A stretch of DNA of 64,000 bases, from NCBI GenBank assembly GCA_963834385.1, contig CAWIBO010000005.1:224001-288000 (forward strand). The letters are read 5' to 3'. Position 1 is the first letter of the stretch; the number at the start of each line of letters is the position of its first letter. Made by a program: the position numbers and the translations under genes. The DNA is from an uncultured Verrucomicrobiae bacterium. Lineage in GTDB: Bacteria > Verrucomicrobiota > Verrucomicrobiia > Chthoniobacterales > UBA10450. Positions 59,451-64,000 of the stretch are shown one piece after another. A model generated the notes under the pieces. The model ran no database searches. It saw only the letters and a list, made by a program, of their open reading frames with translations, and was not told the origin of the DNA.

Positions 59451-60545
59451 TTAAATGCCAATGCGCAGCCGCTCGGCATAGGAGCCGTCGGCGAAGATCG
59501 TCCGGCTCTCGCCGTCGCCTCCGCGCAGCGTCATTCTGCTGATCTGCACAGGGCAGCCGCGGGCAAAGACGAAATCCTCGTGCCAGACGTGCCGCGGGTC
59601 GCTGAAGGCGTCCGGCCCGACGCTCCCGCCCAGGTGTTCGCTACGTCCCAGCGCGATGTGCGGCCCGGCTTTTTCGTCCTCCAGCACATTGCCCCAGACG
59701 CGCGCCCTGGGATTACAGCCCAGGCCGAGTTCCGCGACATTGCGGCGGGCGGCGTCGGCAAAAAGAAATGTCCGCGCCTCGCGCGCCGCCTCGGAATCTC
59801 CCAGCACTTCCTCGACCCTGTTTTGTTCGATGCGCAGCCGGACAACGTCGCCATGCCATGGCACTGGCAGAACACCTCCCGTGCGGCTGGGTTCGCCCTT
59901 CTCGCCTTCATAAGCGGCGATGTAGGCTTCCCCGCTCGGAAGATTGATCAGACGGGGAGGCGGTTGATGACGCGGGAGCTGGCCATCATCCACCTCCGGC
60001 TCCCGAAATCGAAAATCGAAGACGAACGAGTCGCCGGTGGAAAATTCAATGAGCGCTTCCTCGGCCGCCAGGAGTTCGTCGCGCAGGCGGGCGCAGGCCG
60101 CGGCGACTTCGCGATAATCCGCCGCCAGCGCGGTTTCCTCCATCGCCGGCGCCACCCGGGGCAGGGAAGCGGCTCGAAGGGCCGGGAATTTTTTTCCCCA
60201 GACGATGAGCGGTGCGGAGGCGGAGTATTCGGTCAGGGCGAGGAGAAGCGTCGTTTGGCCGAGAAATTCGGACAGCGGCACGGTCTTCCCCTCCATCTCG
60301 CCGGTCGCCGGCAGATCGCCGTTGTTCATCCCGGTGGCGGGATAACGAAAAAGCGGCAGGACGCGGAACTGCCGCTGCTCCCCCAGGGCGACGAGCGCGG
60401 CATGCCAGCGTTGGGCCATCTCCCGGCGCCGCAGCCAGGCTTCGTTGTCATCGATTCCATCATGCGGCAGGTCCACCGCGACCGCGGCGACTTCGCCCGC
60501 CTCGGGGGCAAAGACATCGGCAAAGAGCCGGCCCAGATCAAGCAT
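59451..60545 (-). CDS. Aminopeptidase, M29/thermophilic metalloprotease-like
   Basis: NLPSGEAY, AELGLG.N, LEDEK..PHIALG, HED. Confidence 0.8.
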   Translation of the reverse strand: MLDLGRLFADVFAPEAGEVAAVAVDLPHDGIDDNEAWLRRREMAQRWHAALVALGEQRQFRVLPLFRYPATGMNNGDLPATGEMEGKTVPLSEFLGQTTLLLALTEYSASAPLIVWGKKFPALRAASLPRVAPAMEETALAADYREVAAACARLRDELLAAEEALIEFSTGDSFVFDFRFREPEVDDGQLPRHQPPPRLINLPSGEAYIAAYEGEKGEPSRTGGVLPVPWHGDVVRLRIEQNRVEEVLGDSEAAREARTFLFADAARRNVAELGLGCNPRARVWGNVLEDEKAGPHIALGRSEHLGGSVGPDAFSDPRHVWHEDFVFARGCPVQISRMTLRGGDGESRTIFADGSYAERLRIGI

Positions 60546-60626
60546 GGCAGGAAAAACCGCCGCGCGCGCGGAGGGCGCGCACGGCGGTCGTCGTTTCTCC
60601 TTGTTGCGGAAAGAGATTCTTCCCGG

Positions 60627-62837
60627 TCACCAGATGCTGACCCGCTTGTCGGCCGGGCGCACCATGGGTGAGCCGTCGGGGAGGTTGAAGGCCTTCTGGA
60701 ACTCGGCGGAGTTCGCCAGCGGTCCGTTGCAGCGGTAATGGCCGGGCGAATGCGGGTCGGTGATGATCCGGCGGCGCAGGTCCTCATCGCGGATATTGTT
60801 GCGCCAGACCTGGGCCCAGCCGAGGAAGAAGCGCTGCTCGGGCGTGAACCCGTCGATCTTTTGCTTCGCCATCTCGGGGTTCTTCGCCAGGGCTTTTTGC
60901 AGGGCGGCGAAGGCGAGTTTGACCCCGCCGTCGTCCGCGATGTTTTCGCCGAGAGTCAGCTCGCCATTGATGTGCATTCCGGGAAGCGGCTCATACTCCG
61001 CGTATTGCTGCACGATTTTTTGCGCGCGTTCCTTGTACTTGGCCGCGGATTCCGCCGTCCACCAGTCGCGGAGGTTGCCCTCGGCGTCGAACTGGCGGCC
61101 CTGGTCGTCGAACCCGTGTGAGATTTCGTGCGCGATGACCGCGCCGATCCCGCCGTAGTTGATGGCGTCATCCGCCTGGGCGCTGAAGAAGGGCGGCTGC
61201 AGGATGCCGGCCGGGAAAACGATCTCGTTCAGGTTCGGATGATAATAGGCGTTCACCGTGGGCGGCGACATGCCCCACTCATCCTTGTCCACCGGCTGCC
61301 CGATCTTCTTCAACTGCCGGTCGATCTCGAACATCGCGCCGCGCATGGCGTTCAGGACATAGGGCCCGCGGTCGATCTTCAGCTTCGAATAATCGCGCCA
61401 TTCATCGGGATAACCGATCTTGACCCGGAAGGAGGCCAGTTTCTTCAACGCCTCCTCCTTGGTCTTCTCGTCCATCCAGTCGCGCGACTTGATGCTGTCG
61501 GCCATTGCTTCCTGGACGTTTTTGACCAGCTCGATCATGCGGGCCTTGGACTCGGGCGGGAAATATTCGGCGACATAAAGTTTGCCGAGGGCTTCGCCCA
61601 GCTGGGCGTCAACCACGGTGATGACGCGTTTCCAGCGTTCCTTGAGTTTCTTGGCGCCGGTCAGGGCCGTGCCGTAAAAACGGAAGTTTTCGTCGACAAA
61701 ATCGCTCGAAAGCTCGGTCGCGGCGGCGTTGATCAGGTTCCAGCGGAGGTAGGTTTTCCAGTCGTCGAGCGAGGCGGTCTTGTAGACCTCGTTGGCGGCT
61801 TTGAAGAAGTCAGGCTGGCCGACATTGACCTCGGCGGGAGCCGGGATGGAAAGGCTGGTGAAATAATCGGTCCACTTGAAGTCGGGCGTGAGGGCCTGCA
61901 GCTCCGAGACCTTCATCTTGTTGTAGTTCTTTTGCGGGTCGCGCAGCTCAACCCGAGAGCGGGCGGGTTTGGCCAGGGAGGTCTCGAAGGCGAGCACCTT
62001 GCGCGCGCTCTCCGTGGCTTTCTTTTCCGGGTCGCCCAGGAGCTGCAGCATCTTGGAGACGTGCTCGACGTACTGGTCCCGGATTTTCTGCGAGGCTTCG
62101 TCGTCCTTCAGGTAGTAATCGCGGTCCGGCAGGCCGAGGCCGCCCTGGAACGCCTGCGCGATGTTCATGTCCGCCTTCTTGTCGTCGGGGCCGGACAGAA
62201 AACCGAAGAACGAACCGATCCCGATCCGATGGAGATGGGCGATCTGTTTCAGCACATCGGCGCGGTCTTTGATCGCGTCGATTTTCTTGAGCTCTTCCTC
62301 GAGCGGTTTCGCCCGGGCGGTGTTGATCTCCGTCTCGTTCATCCCGCTGGCGAAATAATCGCCCACTTTCTGGACCTCCGGGGTGGCGCCGCTGCCGGCA
62401 GCCTCGGCCGCGGCTTTCTGCGCAATCTTGTGCAGCGCCTCGTTGTTGCGCTCGGTCAGGAGATTGAAGCTGCCCCAGCGCGCATACTCCGGCGGGACCG
62501 GGTTGTTCTTCAGCCAGGAGCCATTGGCGAACTTGTAGAAGTCGTCCCCGGGCTTGACCGATTTATCCAGGTTGGCGACGTCAAAGGCCGGCTCCGCCTT
62601 GGCTTCCTCGAGAGATTTGCCGGCGGCCTCGGGCACCGCGCCCTTGGCTGGCGACTGCGACGCGATCGGCGGAGGGGAATCGACCGGGAGGGTCTTGGCG
62701 GCTTCGGCGGCCTCGCTCGGGGTCGATTTGGTGAGCGGCGGCGAAGATTTGGGCTCGGCTTGAGCGTGCAGGCTGACGGCGCAGAACAGGCTGGCCAGGG
62801 CGAGGACTGAGGTCTTGATCATGGGTTGGGTTGTCAT
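60627..62837 (-). CDS. Secreted M13 metallo-endopeptidase (PepO/neprilysin-like)
   Basis: DDFY..ANG.W, LGLPDRDYY, VNAYY.P..NEIVFPAGILQPPFF, HEISH, GENIAD. Confidence 0.95.
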   Translation of the reverse strand: MTTQPMIKTSVLALASLFCAVSLHAQAEPKSSPPLTKSTPSEAAEAAKTLPVDSPPPIASQSPAKGAVPEAAGKSLEEAKAEPAFDVANLDKSVKPGDDFYKFANGSWLKNNPVPPEYARWGSFNLLTERNNEALHKIAQKAAAEAAGSGATPEVQKVGDYFASGMNETEINTARAKPLEEELKKIDAIKDRADVLKQIAHLHRIGIGSFFGFLSGPDDKKADMNIAQAFQGGLGLPDRDYYLKDDEASQKIRDQYVEHVSKMLQLLGDPEKKATESARKVLAFETSLAKPARSRVELRDPQKNYNKMKVSELQALTPDFKWTDYFTSLSIPAPAEVNVGQPDFFKAANEVYKTASLDDWKTYLRWNLINAAATELSSDFVDENFRFYGTALTGAKKLKERWKRVITVVDAQLGEALGKLYVAEYFPPESKARMIELVKNVQEAMADSIKSRDWMDEKTKEEALKKLASFRVKIGYPDEWRDYSKLKIDRGPYVLNAMRGAMFEIDRQLKKIGQPVDKDEWGMSPPTVNAYYHPNLNEIVFPAGILQPPFFSAQADDAINYGGIGAVIAHEISHGFDDQGRQFDAEGNLRDWWTAESAAKYKERAQKIVQQYAEYEPLPGMHINGELTLGENIADDGGVKLAFAALQKALAKNPEMAKQKIDGFTPEQRFFLGWAQVWRNNIRDEDLRRRIITDPHSPGHYRCNGPLANSAEFQKAFNLPDGSPMVRPADKRVSIW

Positions 62838-62994
62838 TGTGACCGGGCCGCGAGCGGCCGGGCCGGGTTGCTGTTTACGGCGCGGCAGCGCCGGATGCCC
62901 GTGGGCGACGGGGGAATCGCCCATGGTGGGGCAGGGGACAGGCAGCCAAGAGCGAAGAAGATCGCAAAGAGAAGCCGGCCACCCGGCAACCTAT

Positions 62995-63011
62995 CGCATG
63001 GGGTATGCCAA
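62995..63011 (-). promoter_or_regulatory. Possible sigma54 promoter for the M13 peptidase
   Basis: Minus strand TTGGCATACCCCATGCG (GG-N10-GC). Confidence 0.35.
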
Positions 63012-63130
63012 CGCGAACAGGAAATGCCAAAGCCCTCCGGGGGAGCATCTTGCGCAGTGCCGACTGCGTCCTCGCTCCTGCTGTCCGCTTCGCTTCCGGG
63101 ACAATGCCGTCTCGATCCCGGGATTTGTTT

Positions 63131-63200
63131 GAAACGCTGACACGCTGAAAAACTGAAATGCTGAAATAGGGAAGGATTGAATCAGGAAAGCAGGAAAGGA
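63131..63200. repeat. Short imperfect tandem repeats (CTGA-based and CAGGAAAG)
   Basis: GAAACGCTGACACGCTGAAAAACTGAAATGCTGAAA and CAGGAAAGCAGGAAAG. Confidence 0.6.
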
Positions 63201-63248
63201 GGATGATGGAAGGTTGAGAATAGAAGGCGCAATTCCCTGATGCCGAAT

Positions 63249-63410
63249 GTGCCGAGAACGGCGCACGCTACAGCGTCTCGATTACGATTACGAGCACGAG
63301 CACGAACCGGAGCACCGCGGCACTAGCGCCCGGAGTGACGCAATCCGCGCGCTGTAGCGTCCGCTGTCCCCAGCGGATTCCGGCTTTCTCCTGCTCTTGA
63401 TCCTGATCCT
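63249..63410. repeat. Second locus of the GTAG-type REP family with hexamer arrays
   Basis: Degenerate arm ending CGCACGCTACA (63272); CGATTA x2 and CGAGCA x2; TGTAGCGTCCGCTGTCCCCAGCGGA (63353-63377); reverse complement of AGGATCAGGATCAAGAGCAGGAG. Confidence 0.8.
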
Positions 63411-63442
63411 CAACGCGCCCAGTGCGGCACGCTCTCAGCCGA

Positions 63443-64000
63443 TTACATCTGCTCGAAGCGATAGCCGCGCTGCTGCAGGAGGGCGAGGACGTTGTTCGGC
63501 CCCACAAAATGCAGCGCCCCGGCCACCACGGTCGTGGGCGTCTTCGATTTGATGGCGCCTTCAATCACCGGGATCCAGCGCTTGTTCCGGTCATCCAGCA
63601 AACGACGGTTAAACGCCGCGGTGTGTTTTGCAGTCGCCCGGTCGAACGCCAGCAACCCCTGAAGATCGCCCTTTTTCCAAAGCTCGCGCCCCTTGTTGTA
63701 ATCGTCCCGGCGCCGATCGCCCCGGACGAGCGCGTTCAGGAGCACGATCTCTGATTCGATGTCGGAAAGACCGCCCAGCACCTGGATGTGTTCCTCCATC
63801 GGCACCAGCCCTTTCACCTGTTTGCCATGCAGCCGCGCCTTGCGCGCAAGGTGGTTGTCCACTCCGAGCTCACTGAAGACGTCGCTGTAGCCGCGCACGC
63901 CCCAGATCGCGTAGCCGATAAACCACGGCTTGTACTTCGCCATCTGGTCGAAGTGGATGCTGGAGCGCCGGCAGGCGCGCACCAGGAAATCGTAGGTCTC
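63443..64000 (-). CDS. TraB/GumN family protein, 5' end outside the window
   Basis: LGVDNHL...GL...EEHI..L, W..GD, LLDDRN.RW, VVAGALHFVG...VL.LL...GY. Confidence 0.85.
   Translation of the reverse strand, partial: ETYDFLVRACRRSSIHFDQMAKYKPWFIGYAIWGVRGYSDVFSELGVDNHLARKARLHGKQVKGLVPMEEHIQVLGGLSDIESEIVLLNALVRGDRRRDDYNKGRELWKKGDLQGLLAFDRATAKHTAAFNRRLLDDRNKRWIPVIEGAIKSKTPTTVVAGALHFVGPNNVLALLQQRGYRFEQM

Noticed and set aside
63020..63125. Hairpins upstream of the M13 peptidase as a riboswitch
   Set aside because: I could not match them to any riboswitch consensus, and short GC stems are expected by chance. An Rfam scan would settle it.

Overview
GC-rich bacterial chromosome segment. Gene content and sequence style suggest Verrucomicrobiota, probably Chthoniobacterales/Spartobacteria-like (inference). 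Most of it is core genome: the distal S10/spc/alpha ribosomal-protein cluster (rpmC to rpsD with secY, adk, map), an orphan secretin, an ECF sigma factor, futalosine-pathway mqnE/mqnA, recJ-recG-htrA, asd, hutHUGI, tig-clpP-clpX, cinA, an FKBP PPIase, rsfS-nadD, nagZ, ychF, three tRNAs (Pro-GGG, Asn-GTT, fMet-CAT), dacA, pfkA, a ppiD-like gene and several peptidases. The first ~5.9 kb is full of single-base indels, and isolated ones occur in rpsD, asd, clpX, nagZ, dacA and pfkA; these look like long-read consensus errors, so coordinates there are approximate. No integrase, transposase, CRISPR array or rRNA was seen. The best candidates for undescribed biology are: (1) a 43-aa lipoprotein ending in Tyr-Ser-Lys, encoded just after an L,D-transpeptidase, a possible Braun's-lipoprotein analogue; (2) a TPR-lipoprotein/DUF4331/HupE-UreJ operon whose predicted mature N-termini look like Ni/Cu-binding motifs; (3) a secreted lysozyme-like unknown coupled to a second L,D-transpeptidase; (4) a decayed infA at its ancestral locus; (5) GTAG-type REP repeats carrying hexamer arrays; (6) recurrent leaderless-type promoters and a possible non-AUG start for rsfS. 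All family assignments come from motif recognition by eye, not database searches.
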